Both the position numbers and the translations under genes were made by a program. Positions 51,676 to 64,000 of a stretch of 64,000 bases of DNA are shown here, piece after piece (position 1 is the first letter of the stretch; each line of letters begins with the position of its first letter). This DNA is from Chrysomallon squamiferum (taxonomy: Eukaryota > Animalia > Mollusca): contig CM022665.1 in assembly GCA_012295275.1 (NCBI GenBank), positions 1,054,001-1,118,000 of the forward strand, given 5' to 3'. Below the pieces are notes generated by a model. The model made no database searches. It saw only the letters and a list, made by a program, of their open reading frames with translations, and had not been told where the DNA came from.

Positions 51676-54600
51676 CTGTAAATTAAAAATATAAATATAA
51701 AGTAAATATTTTTGATGACCCAAACAGACATATTTCATTAGAACAGAACGAAAATTTAAAATTACTATTTGTCAGATTATATCGACAACCACTAGTGGCG
51801 TCGAAAAATACCCCATTGTTTAGATACATAAATGGAGTTTAACAGATTATTAACATATTAGTAAAAAGAAAAAGAAATAAATAATATAAAATTAATAAAA
51901 TAACAGATATTAAAAATAACAAATGCATTAATACTATAATAATTTCATAAACGTCTTAAATTAAACTAATTCAGCATCATCATTCTTCATATCTCATTTA
52001 TCAGTTGTGCTTATTCCGGTAACTTCAGCTGATGAATAGTCTGGTTTATTGTTGTCAAGAAAGATTTTAATAAATTATGCAGACACATAGATATAAAATA
52101 AAATAAATAAATAATAATAATAAATAAATAAAATGAATGGAAACTCTTACATGGTTTTAGACACTGCGTCTCGTTCTGTATCCAGACAGCACAGCTGAAT
52201 TCTTCCGTCTCTTTGCTGCTGTTGGCACTCATCTTAGTGTAGTTCCAGGCTGAAGTCATACAATTTTGTCCTCCATCTTGACATGTTGTCCAGTTTTGGC
52301 ATACAGAAGCCTTTTCTGTGATAGTGAAGTTTCTCTCTTCACTGAGCCAGCTAAAAGTATCCCTGGAGTGTTTGCAACAGGATTCAGTATTTGCTTTCGA
52401 CTCGCATACAAACTTCTCGTATATTCCTTGTGGTGTAGTTTGGGATTCCCAAAATTCGGTCATGCATGCTGGTTTTTTAACGCAGGTAGGCAGATCTCCA
52501 AAGCAGAACTCTGCTTTCTGTTCGTAGCTGGCGCCAGTGTTCCACGACTTGGACACAGATTCCACTTTAGTCGTGCAGCATGACGAGGGCGATTCTTTAT
52601 CACAGCAGAGTTTCATCATGCTCTTAGCGTTATGTATTTCCGTCCCTGTAGCGATGTCCGTGATAATATTCTTGTCAATCTGTTGAAGAAAGAAGTTACA
52701 ATAGTAGAAAAATAGTTTGCAAAAATAACAACAAATGTAATAATAATAATAATAATAAATAAATCAATCAATAAATAAATTATCGCTTTGTAACATAGAT
52801 TTCCATAGATTTAAATTAATCAGTGTCAAGGTTTTAACACTGAAAATTAATTGAATAATTTTGATAAAAACTATGTTGATTGTTACAAGTTACAGAATAA
52901 AATATTCACTCAAAGAATAAAAACCTTAAACGTGTATAATGTTGTAGAAAATAAGTAAGACGTAATTTTCTTAATTCAACAGCCAGTTCTCGATCAACGA
53001 ACCTGAATGATGAGTTCTGTGAATGGTTTAGTAATGACTTTGAGCAGCTCCTTTTTGGCTCCCTTATTCTGCTGCAGATGCATGCTGTTTACAATAGCTT
53101 CACTCAAATGGAAAAGATAACCTGCAAGGAATATCAATTTTAGCATTATTACTTTTTCTCTGCCTATTTTATCCATTAAAGCTTTGCGTAGTCTGATATT
53201 TAATAAATAAATAAATAAATAAATAAATGAGAACAGAATTACACTAACCTGATACGATCTCCAGTGGAAGAAGAATAAAGACAGAAAGCCAGTTGAACAT
53301 GTCATGAACCGTGGCCCCAGCGAAAGCTCTCCTGAAATCACCCTTGTTGACAATCTGACCAAGAGCAACAATTGTGTTAGTGACTGATGTGCCGATGTTC
53401 GCTCCCATAACCATTGGAATAGATGATCGAATATCCAAAACTGAAGAAATAGAAAAATAAGTAAATGAAAGCATGAGTGACATGCAGATTTGTTTTCTTT
53501 CTTCTTGATTTTTATTTTTTATTTTTTATTTTTTATTTTTTATTTTTTATTTTTTATTTTTTATTTTTAATACTGCAGCTTTTTTTTCTATTACTCTTGA
53601 ATATGCGTTCCTGCGTGAAACTTACAGAGGAAATTGTATAAAACTTACGTCCACCGCCAACCATGCTGATGATGAGAGAAGTCGATGTGGATGAACTCTG
53701 GACCAGAACAGTGACGAGAATGCCGATCATGAGTCCAGCCACTGGATTGTGAAGAATTTTATTTTGTTGAAATACACGTCCAGCCTGCTTCCCTGAAACC
53801 GAGCAATCATCAGTTAGATATACTTACACAGTACACGGCAGATTGTAAAAGTAATATATAACAATACAAAAATTAATAATAGCAGCAATAATAACAACAA
53901 TTTATAATAACAATAATGATAATAATGGTATGATGTAAATACTTAAATACAACTACTTTGTGATGCATATTGACATGTATCTGTATAGAGAAGATACAGT
54001 AGTATATATCGTTTCATATAAAGGAAATACCATGATTTTTGATAAATCAGTTGTGAAGCACTTGGTGAAACGGGAAATGGTATAATGAGCGCTGCAAGGA
54101 ACATTAACAGTAATAATAGCAGTAGTAATAAAAATAGCTGAGAACATTACCTCCCAGTAGTTTGAACGCTGTACTGAGAAAATCCAGTGAACAGATGAAC
54201 ATGTACAGCAACCCCAGAATAAGACTAATTCCCAAGACATATTTCGACAGACGACGAAACTTTCCCATACAAGTGAGATCTGTAAACAGAAAAATCAAAG
54301 GCCATTTCGTGATGTGCATTAATAAAAAGAAAATATTCATGCACGATAGCAGTGAAAGGTAATAAAAATTACGAAAATATTACATGACAATGAATTATAG
54401 CTTTTTATTTTTCTATTATTATACAGTAATGGATTATGCAAATTGAAGAAAAATTTGGTTAGAATAGCGAAATGAACAGTAAAATGATGTAAAGGTATAG
54501 CAATTGAATGATCTTTAGTATAGCAACGTAGTATTCGAAATGAATAATAGCAAGATGGCATGTTTTTACCTGCCCAGGCTTTTTCTGATACTTCAAATAC

Positions 54601-54782
54601 CGTCACTTTCCATGGATCTTCTTCTTCTTCTTCTTTGGTCGCTCCCACTGTAGCACCGTTCGATTCAACAGTAACCGCATGTTGCTGAAAATACAGCGTG
54701 CATGTAAAATTATCTGCGTATGTTAACACAGAATTAATAAGTGAAATGTGCTGATTGTCTTTCAGATACTGTAATAAAAAGT

Positions 54783-54821
<39 letters not shown>

Positions 54822-55039
54822 TTATTTAATCGGCACAATAATTGGCATGGCATCGTTTGATAATTATTATTACTTATCATGTTAAGTTTTGTCGTTGTGG
54901 TCATTATCAGAACAATAAACTTATGTTTCAGATATTATTTATTTATTATTTATTTATTCATTCATTCATTCATTTTAAAAGTGTATTACATATTGGCGTG
55001 GCGTTGTATGAAGATATGTTTTCCTTCTTTTTTTTCTCT

Positions 55040-55074
<35 letters not shown>

Positions 55075-57647
55075 CTTTGACTAAGTTGCATAATAAATGT
55101 ACCAGGATGTCATTTAATTTCGAGACAAAACGTGTCATTCTATTTTTATAGTTTCCTTCAGTTTGACCTTTCAGCTGCATCCTGAAACCTTTGACCAACT
55201 AAATTCAAAATTTCTGAAGTTATTTCCTTTTCTTGTCTTCAGTTTTATTCTCTATTACTTTTTTTTCTATTATGTTTGATTAAACAGACATAAATCAGTG
55301 TGAAATGTTAAAGATGGATGAGTCATCCCACGTAATAAACTTGTCATAACATTTCATATCCTAAAGGCATTATGCATATTTACACCTGTCTAATTTATTA
55401 AATTCATGGTTTGGCGTTTCAAAATAAACTAAGAAATAAAGAGAGGTAGAGAGAGATGTAGACCGACTGGCAGACAAACCAAGAGCAGCCAGATAGATAA
55501 AGTATTTAAAAAAAGACATCCAGAAGAAGATTCAACGATGAGTGCACAAACTACAGAAGGCTGTTTTAAATAAATATTTTGTATTAAATATAGTTGATAT
55601 TCATTTGTATTCGTTTACTGCTACATTAATGTTCGTGTAACTTCATATTTAGAGCAATTTGTTTATTCATACGTATAAACATTTAAATACATATGTACAT
55701 TATGCTTGTTATTTATATATTTTATTAGTATTAAATTTTAAAAAAAAATTCTTTCTTTTTCTTTTTTTCCTTTCTTTTTAGGTCTTTTATTTTTATAAAA
55801 TATATAATTTGAAAAGTACTTTGAAATTATCTCCCGAAGGATTAAACGCTAACGTAATTGTGCCATTAGTTTCGAATTCACATAAGCCAAATACAGTACT
55901 GCTAGTTATTACGTTCTGCGGTGAGTTGTAGTTAAAAACAGTGAGGTGTGAAGTGTAAACGACGTGGGAGACTCTACTACTAGATTTCCTCACGTGGCTG
56001 TTTTGCCAGGCTGATCACTGATGATTTGTTTCAGTTGATCACAATCCGTTCTGCTCCAGAAAAGTGGTTGTAACAAACCGTTGTTAACTAGTTGGTTCCA
56101 TACTTACAGATTATCGAGGTTTCTATGTTAATCTGCTGTGAAGCAAGTGATAGTAAGGGTATGATGTTACTCTAAGGTTTCTAGGGTTTTACTGTTTTAA
56201 ATATTCATAGTATTCACAATACTTCGAATTTAGATAGCGTCTTGTTCAACAAAAATTACAACTTCATTTCAGAGCAGTATCAAATTTTGCTTATTTGTCG
56301 TATCCGTAGTTATTGCTTCTTTTTTTCTCTTCTATAGCTTGCTGGTAAGTGGTTGTACGAACAACAGCTTGTATTGAAATATTAACTATCAATCTTAATT
56401 GAAATCTGTAATTTATTATTATTATTCGTCGTCTTCATCTTCATTTCTATTGTTTGTTGATTGTTATCACTGAAGAGAAATAAACTTCAAACAATATTTC
56501 AATCAGGCGATCGTACTGAAAACATTCGCCACAAGCGCGACCTTTCAATAAACGACAAGGTAACATTAGCAAGTGTACGCTTCTCCCGAGGACATTCTGT
56601 TGGTTAAGGCAGTGGGATTTTCATTGCTATCTGCAAAGCTAGTTGGCTGCAAGCGTTGTTTACACAGGATAAAGTGTGAAAAAAAAGTCAGTCACATATC
56701 AGTGAAAATATTTCACTGAGTGCGCACACACCGCATAAAAAACAAAGTTTCGTCGCAGGATTATTCTGCTTAGTATTTTCAGAACTCAAATAAATCAATA
56801 AAAACGCGAGCACGAACAAAAAACAAAATATACTGTTCTTTTCTAAATATAGCATGCAGTTTAAAAATATTAAAAAGACATGTATAAATACTGAATTAGA
56901 CTTTTTGTATATAACGGAAATAAGATAGATTAATATATGTGTGTATTGTATATAATGGGAATAAGATAGTTCAATATATATATATATATATATATACTGA
57001 ATTAGTGTGTATTGTATATAATGGGAATAAGATAGTTCAATATATATATATATATATATACTGAATTAGACTCATTGTATATAATGGGAATAAGATAGAA
57101 TATATTCATTTTAAATAATGAATTAAATGTATTACCATTTAATGGCAAACTACTTAGCCTTTAATGCAGTCAGGAGTTGTCATTGAGCTTCTAATTTATT
57201 ATGTAAGAGTTCAACATGCTGTCGAAACAAACGAGTTTTGTGTTGTTTACACATTGTTATAACAGTGATACGTTTTTAAAAAGTTACCTTTTGAGAAGCT
57301 TTTAACAGCTGTTGTTTTATGTCGGCTCGGTGTTAAAAAAACATGACTACTCTTTGAATACGCTAATTTAATGAAAAGCTAAGGAGCTTTGAACTAATTA
57401 GTGAGAAGAAATATATTTAATTATATAGTAAGTCTGACATACATTTTATTATAAATGTGTGTATGCGGAGTGGGGTTGGGGTGTATCTACGTTTGTATGT
57501 ATGCATCTATATATTTGTATATACATGTATATGTAATATACTAAATAATATTTTTTTTCAAAAGCTTACCTTTTGCGCCTCTTCATCATTGTCGAAACCA
57601 ATGTTTACTGTTCCTTTTTCAGTGTCCTGAAGTACATAAGGTGACAT
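50777..57647 (-). CDS. SLC34A2: Sodium-dependent phosphate cotransporter, SLC34/NaPi-IIb-like, 8 coding exons, about 734 aa: complement(join(50777..51675,52151..52679,53003..53121,53249..53440,53649..53792,54151..54279,54570..54684,57570..57647))
   Basis: All introns are GT-AG and phases are consistent (2205 nt = 735 codons including stop). It has both NaPi-II repeat signatures ([21 protein letters not shown]; [25 protein letters not shown]), plus [36 protein letters not shown], a C-terminal Cys cluster CKCC and a terminal T-x-L (TPL). Confidence 0.95.
52151..52679 (-). CDS. SLC34A2: SLC34 exon encoding the large, Cys-rich extracellular loop
   Basis: caacag acceptor, gtaaga donor, 529 nt open; begins [12 protein letters not shown], typical of the NaPi-II loop start; sequons NFT, NWT, NYT, NSS, NET. 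Confidence 0.9.
53003..53121 (-). CDS. SLC34A2: SLC34 exon ([11 protein letters not shown]...[15 protein letters not shown])
   Basis: ttgcag acceptor, gttcgt donor; conserved LLKVIT.PFT.LIIQ. Confidence 0.92.
53249..53440 (-). CDS. SLC34A2: SLC34 exon ([22 protein letters not shown]...[11 protein letters not shown]...PLEIVS)
   Basis: cttcag acceptor, gttagt donor, 192 nt. Confidence 0.95.
53649..53792 (-). CDS. SLC34A2: SLC34 exon (KQAGRVFQ...[24 protein letters not shown]...)
   Basis: tttcag acceptor, gtaagt donor, 144 nt; first QSSS motif. Confidence 0.95.
54151..54279 (-). CDS. SLC34A2: SLC34 exon, first TM helix (…[22 protein letters not shown])
   Basis: tttacag acceptor, gtaatg donor, 129 nt. 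Confidence 0.93.
54570..54684 (-). CDS. SLC34A2: SLC34 N-terminal exon (QHAVTV...[10 protein letters not shown]...KAWA)
   Basis: ttttcag acceptor, gtaaaa donor; DPW...W motif as in NaPi-IIb N-termini. Confidence 0.88.
56885..57100. repeat. Imperfect tandem repeat, about 4 units with core TTGTATATAATGGGAATAAGATAG and embedded (TA)n
   Basis: Core visible near 56904, 56946, 57012 and 57076; lies in the SLC34 first coding intron. Confidence 0.9.
57570..57647 (-). CDS. SLC34A2: Probable SLC34 first coding exon ([26 protein letters not shown])
   Basis: taacATG start, 78 nt, strong AAG|gtaagc donor with phase 0 matching the next exon; the sequence itself is not conserved enough to confirm. Confidence 0.7.
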
Positions 57648-58930
57648 GTTATATTTCCAATAAAATGAAATAATTAATCTCCAAAGCGCAATGAAAATTA
57701 ATATTTGCTTTTAACGAAAGATTTTAACATAATTTTTATATATGTTTCTGTGAATGCAGTTTAACCATTGCTCTGTCATTTATGACAATCTAGCTAGACT
57801 TGAAAACCCGTTTGAGAAATGTTCCGTTGTTTTCACCTTCATAAATAACTGGGTTAATGTCATTCGTTGCGTAAGAGATTGATGAGCGGCCACGTTTACA
57901 AAGAAAAAATTCTACTGCTGATATGACGTTTGACGCCTATATATAATAAATGAATAATTAACCTCTACGGGGACTCAGTGAAAAAAGTACAAAGTTTGTT
58001 CTACAGAAAAGGTAAACCTATGCTTATAATCTGATGATAATTTCAAACGTACACCATGCTACAAGGCCAAAATACTTATATAACAGACTAGAATTTATTA
58101 ATAACTTTTTCATGACTGATGAGGTGAGAGGTCGTGCCCACGCCAGGCCTGTCAGTACTTTAATGGAAACGTTGACACAGTGCAATGTTGTATCTAAGAA
58201 GTTTGTCATTGGAGTCAAAGACATATTTCGAAAAAAGACTTTTTTGAAGCAGCTGGACTTTAATATTAGTTTAAAGAACGGCGGGGACCTTTTATTTATA
58301 TATGCAATCTTCTTTTTCTGAATTATCACGTATACACAAACCGTATATATATGTATGTATGTATGTATACATGTATATCGAATTCAAAAAGTAGATTGCA
58401 CGAAGATTTAAAATTCTGAAATAGCGTGATTACATTTTTGAGAGTTAATTTAAATTTTTGCCTATAACGGCATACAAAGTTAATTCATGATCAAGGTCGA
58501 TATTTAGTTTCTCTTATATCCGTAGACGGTAAAATAATTGTACTGGATTAAGTCCAAGTTTCATGTCAACAGATAAACATAAAGATATCGAAGAAAAAAA
58601 GAGACCGATATAAAATGACTCATGCGATACAATCCGTTATAGCTGCCGGCAGGGTACGTTAGCACCGGAGAATAAAAATATATTAAAAACAAGTGTGAAT
58701 ATATTACTAGACAAAACGTTTCTTTTATAAGCAATAAATACCTCACTGATTTGCACAACAGATTAATTTTTATTAAGTAGTGGGCCTTTAAATGTAACTG
58801 TTTAACTGTCTGGTCTTTGGCTGTCCATTTTATGATATATGTTTGCTCATCTGTGTGCTATCTCTGTTTCTTTTTCATTTTTCTATCTATTTGTAATTGG
58901 TTGTCTATAAACATGGCTGTTTTTGCTGGA

Positions 58931-58959
58931 ACTACTACTACTACTACCACTACTACTAG

Positions 58960-58999
<40 letters not shown>

Positions 59000-59016
59000 G
59001 CTGCTGCTGCTACTGC
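58931..59016. repeat. (ACT)n/(GCT)n microsatellite
   Basis: Directly visible. Confidence 0.95.
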
Positions 59017-59323
59017 TTCTTCTTTTTAAAATTTATTTAGGTCCTCGTGTACATGTACCCAAACGGATTTTCACCCACTTTTAAAAAAAAAAAAAAAAAA
59101 AAAAAATTCCACTTTATTGAAAATGTCACATAGACGACGACAACGAATTTTGTCAAAGAAAAAAATAAAGCTGCCGAAATGAACTATAATCTTACAAGCA
59201 CCTATTTATACAGCTTGAATGTTAACTTAGATCGTGTCAACCTAGGCTGTAACTTTACTAAAACTTTAACTGCTCGTCGCTAAAACAAACAATGAAACTA
59301 GAAAAGAAATAAAAACTAGTCAG

Positions 59324-59363
<40 letters not shown>

Positions 59364-61448
59364 CTTTTTTTTTAAAAGAAGAAGAAAAAATAAAAATAAA
59401 TAAATAAAAATACAATAAAACACAGATAAGCATTCAGACAAAACTTAAATAGTTTGTATTGAGTTTCACGAAAATGCAGGTTTAAAAATTCAGTGCGAAT
59501 CGTTACCTGAGTATTTTGAATACTCTATTCTGTATCGTTCAGTTTGCTGAATGGCTTGAAATAATTACTGTACATTTTATGTACAGTCTATAGACTGTCG
59601 TGGTTCACTCGTGTTTCACACTCAGACTATCGTTGTTCACTGATGATTTAGTAGTACTTAAGTCAATAATAATAGCATTAAAAAAGCAGTATTCAGCCTT
59701 CTAGTGACAGTAGTAGAAATAGCATCTGGAGTACTACATCAACAGACGTAATACTTTTAATATTAATATTATTCATAATTTCTACTTCTGTTTAATTTAA
59801 CTTTAAAAACAAATAAATAAATAAATAAAACCCTTCTAAACAATTTTATGATAATACACTCGAAATAACTGGCATGGAGTTTGTTTATCTTCTTTCACAA
59901 ATGAAAAAAAAGAGGAAAAAAGAAAAAAGAAAGGTGGAAAAAAACAACAAAAAAAAAAAAAAAAAAAAACTACCGGTATTAGCATGCCGCCATTTTCTTT
60001 GTTCTGTGCATGTGATTCACTCATGTTTTACATTATTCAGACATTTATAACTGTAAACGACAGGCGGGTCTACGTATTTGAACTGAGACAAAATTGCGTA
60101 ACTGCGACATAAATGTTCAGGACAGAGAAACACACACATACACGTACATACACAAAAATCAATCAATCAGTCAGTAAATAAATAAATAAATAATAAAGGA
60201 ACAGTGAAATAAAAAAGAAAGAAGAAAACTGACAGATCGTATTAGATCAGATTTTAGTAAAGAACAAATCTCAGTATCATATGGAAGTTATCTTGAATAA
60301 ATGACTTCTTTTTTAAAGTCTTATTTTTATTTCTTATTGATTTTAAATTTATTCGGCCGTTTGGGGTAAGTTTAAATTGTGCAGAGAGAGAGAGAGAGAG
60401 AAGTACCTTTTTATAAAGAAAAAAAACTTTATTATATTTTAAATGTTTTTAATTTTTATTTATTTAATTAATTTGTTTACTTCTCTTTAATTTTTAAATT
60501 TCTTATCCAAAAATAAAATATTTCACTGGCGATAATTTCCGATAATTTCCGTAGCCATCTTAAACGAAAGTATATGTATCAGTGTATAATAATTACCAAA
60601 AGAGAGAACAACCGGCTTAAAGAGATAATCCTCTTATGAAATTTCGTTGAACGCGGCTGACACATTGGTGACAGCATCAGTGAGTTTACTGTTGTTAAAA
60701 CATGCAATGTCTCGCAACAATGGTAGTCAAGGGTTATACACAGCACAAAGTCATCGAGTTTAATAAGACCATTTTTCGTTAACGCCACTAATTGCGACTG
60801 CCTGTAGTGATCAAGTGTAGAGATTTAATAACAGAACAATGGTTCAGCGTATTGTCTAATGAACAAGGCCATATTTAAAAATGTTAAAAGTGAAAATCGT
60901 AAAAATTACGTGTTGCTTTTTTTTCTTATGATTTCACGCGCTGTTATCGTTAACTCAACAATCTCTAGGTGTGTTTTCAAGGTAACCTGAATACCTTACA
61001 AGAATTTTCATAAATTATCATTATACATTTTTTTATTTATTAAACTTAACTTTCAGATGTCTGTGGTTTAAAATATGAAATTAAATATGTATATATGCAT
61101 GCATGTGTGTGTATATATATATATGTGTGTGTGTCTCTCTCTCTCTATATATAGAGAGAGAAACACACACATATATGTATATATGTATATGTGTGAGTGT
61201 ATATTTAAATTTACAAACTTCATATTCTTATAACTGTCATAAATAAAAGATCTTACCACGTATGACGGGGGTGAGTCTTCGGATAGCTGCATGTTTCGTT
61301 TATCGTCACATGCATGCGCCATTGCTCGAGTCCCTTTTCGACGCCTCGATAACAGGGTATTTTAAATACCCGCGATACTGCAATAAATGGTCGTTTCTTC
61401 GGCGGAAAAAGAAAAATCATCTATAAACTCGATTTCCCATTGGCTTAC

Positions 61449-61645
61449 TTAAGAAAACAGCTGAGACTGCTTTTTGGTGATGTAATGCCATCTATTGTGA
61501 ACTATGTACCGTGACAAGCCAATAGGACTGTTTAATTTGGAGACCAGGTAGAGCTAACAATAATATCTGTTGAAAAACAGCTGTCGATCTCCGAGTGGCT
61601 TAAATATAGCTTTCCGGGTGACAAGTTAGCCAATCACGTGGAAAG
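61449..61645 (-). promoter_or_regulatory. Candidate SLC34 promoter and non-coding first exon
   Basis: Overlapping CCAAT and E-box (AGCCAATCACGTGG, about 61628-61641), TATA-like TATATTTAA on - near 61600-61608, gtaagc donor at 61448; CpG-rich. Inference only. Confidence 0.25.
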
Positions 61646-61945
61646 CCCATGTTCATTTTGTGATTAGTAGAAGCACCATTCGATTATTAAGTTTTTGTGT
61701 TTTTGTAATTCAAGATTCACCCAGTTTTTCCTTCTTTTTATCCAAGTCTAGACGACTCTTGTTTTACACTTTCTTAGACGTGCTGGTCACCGGGTCGTCT
61801 CGTGAGCATTTCGCGCGGTCACGTTTCGATACGGTTGGTCGCTGCCTGTCCAGCAGTGACCTGTGGTGATGAACAATGTCCACTGCTACTTGTAATCTGA
61901 GAACCTTTTAGAAAGTGCATTTGTGTAATCGATAGAGTGCCCCCC

Positions 61946-62160
<215 letters not shown>

Positions 62161-64000
62161 TATCTTCAAACTTTTATCGTCAGGCTGCCACGTAGAATAT
62201 ATTTTCTTTAATAGATAAGAACCTAAGTCACAGTTTGAATGTTAGTTGCATAGATGTTATTACAAGATTCGAAACTTTCCAACCTAGGCTCTAGGTTAAA
62301 CATATTCAAATAATGCTTAAAATTAGTAGTACTAATAAGAACTTATTTGTAAATAATAAATAAATAAATAAATAATCAATCAATCAATAACCGTATCAGG
62401 AATTAATATTGTTCGTTGTTCTTACAAAGGACGGGTGGCAAATTCATATTTAATGACGGTTGATGTCGTGAAAAGTTGAACTATCTCTAGGTAAAACCTC
62501 TCTTTCAGTGGTCAAATTTAAAATCAGGTAAGTTACCTGTTGGACAGTTAAATACTATCTTAAATCCAATTAAACCATGTATACTGAATTAAAGACACGC
62601 TATTCGTATTAACGTTTTAAACTTAAAACTGGTTTTAACATAGTTGAATGTGACATGGATATTTGTTGAAAAAGAAGAATAACAGCGTCAGTGAACTTCG
62701 AGAAATTATATTTTATCACATTATCCTTCTCTGAGACGGGATTTACGGAATGAGTAAATTACTATTCGTTTTATGTTTCACACCTTCTATTATTAATCTC
62801 ATTTTGAGTTGACCCGGTACGTAGAATTATAAAAGTGTCAGGAAGTAGAAATGACTAATTGGTTTACATGTTATGGGTTGCAGCGTGTGCGATTCACAAC
62901 GAAGTAAGACGCGTTACAGGATTATTCTGAGTTATGTAGTATCCGTTCGTACAGGTATCTTTCTCTAAGCAGAACTGATGTATGTGCATTTCCTTTCCCT
63001 TTGTAGTTATTGCTTTTTATTTATATAACTAGTATTGTTTCAGTGGTGCATGTGTGTATGTATATATATATATATTCAAAGAGAGAATAACCTACGAGAA
63101 AGCAGTTTAAGTGCTGGTAAGGAAGCCTATGTTATTAAATCATTATTTTATTTATACTACGATTCCATCAACGTCAGCCCTTTGTTAACTTTTGACTTGA
63201 CGCACAATCACGCAGGTAAAAAGGAGAAGATAGATTGTGTCATGAGCCACTATGCTGAGTTCATTTTAAAACTAAATATCCACATTCCCGGGCCATAACC
63301 TAAATTATCTAACAAGAAACCAAAGTTTGAAACTGTTTCAGTTGAGTTTGATTATCGTTTTATGCACAAAATTTCTTTCATCAGACTGACCAGTTTTCAG
63401 TCCTGCCACGGATATCCCGAGTAACGTGTGAACAGATTATCACTGACACCCTGATTTGAGTTTTACACCATTCGTTATAAACTGTAGCGGATGAATAGGT
63501 CCATAGGTCAAAGTTAGGCGAATGTAGGCTATCGCTTTAAAAGAGGTTTTAATTATATACATGTAGCCTACCACGAGTAGTATTTTAATATGCTTTTTGC
63601 GATCTTTGAAATTCAGCAGAGTATTAAACACTATCATCATCATCATCATCGTCATCATCACTGAGGGGTTTCTTTCGAATCATTTTTTAAAGCTACAGTA
63701 AAATTTCTAAACCAGAAATCTTTGAAAACGAACGATTTCCTCGGTCCAGTGATTTATTACGTGAAACTTCAGTAATCTGAACATCAATCTCTTTACTTGG
63801 TTCCGACAAGGTTCGGGTTTTGGAAGTTTCATTGTATTTATAACTGCGTTCTGTTTACACGATGAGAAAGCGAAAAATGGAGAAAATAAAGATGCCAAAG
63901 AAACAGAAAAAAACAAATCAAAAACCAGGACTATGAATAATTTGTTTAACGAAACTTCAATATTTAAATATATGTGTGTGTGTGTGTGTTAGTGTGTATG

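Noticed and set aside
56108-56135. Possible SLC34 micro-exon before a gtaagt donor
   Set aside because: Candidate lengths of 25 or 28 nt would break the reading frame.
56699-56719. 9-bp perfect inverted repeat TCAGTGAAA-ata-TTTCACTGA
   Set aside because: Short and AT-rich; expected by chance in 64 kb.
56885-57100. Repeat-spacer-like pattern suggestive of CRISPR
   Set aside because: The intervening sequence is itself repeated and TA-microsatellite derived, in a eukaryotic intron with no cas genes.

Overview
AT-rich, microsatellite-dense animal genomic DNA with spliceosomal GT-AG introns. It looks invertebrate, probably molluscan; that is inferred from repeat style and CpG pattern, not proven. 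Two multi-exon genes can be rebuilt by hand with consistent splice phases, arranged tail-to-tail. (1) A taxilin-family coiled-coil gene on + (11 coding exons, 36308-45790, about 592 aa). (2) An SLC34/NaPi-II sodium-phosphate cotransporter on - (8 coding exons, 57647-50777, about 734 aa). The first ~31 kb is mostly non-coding: microsatellites, a pyrimidine minisatellite, decayed SINE/MITE-like repeats, and two weak candidate exons of a leftward gene. The most unusual observation is the NaPi-II large extracellular loop, which is expanded into a 16-cysteine region with two tandem ~60-aa six-Cys modules. A sharp CpG-depleted domain over the taxilin gene is also visible. No prokaryotic system, CRISPR array or intact transposase is supported.
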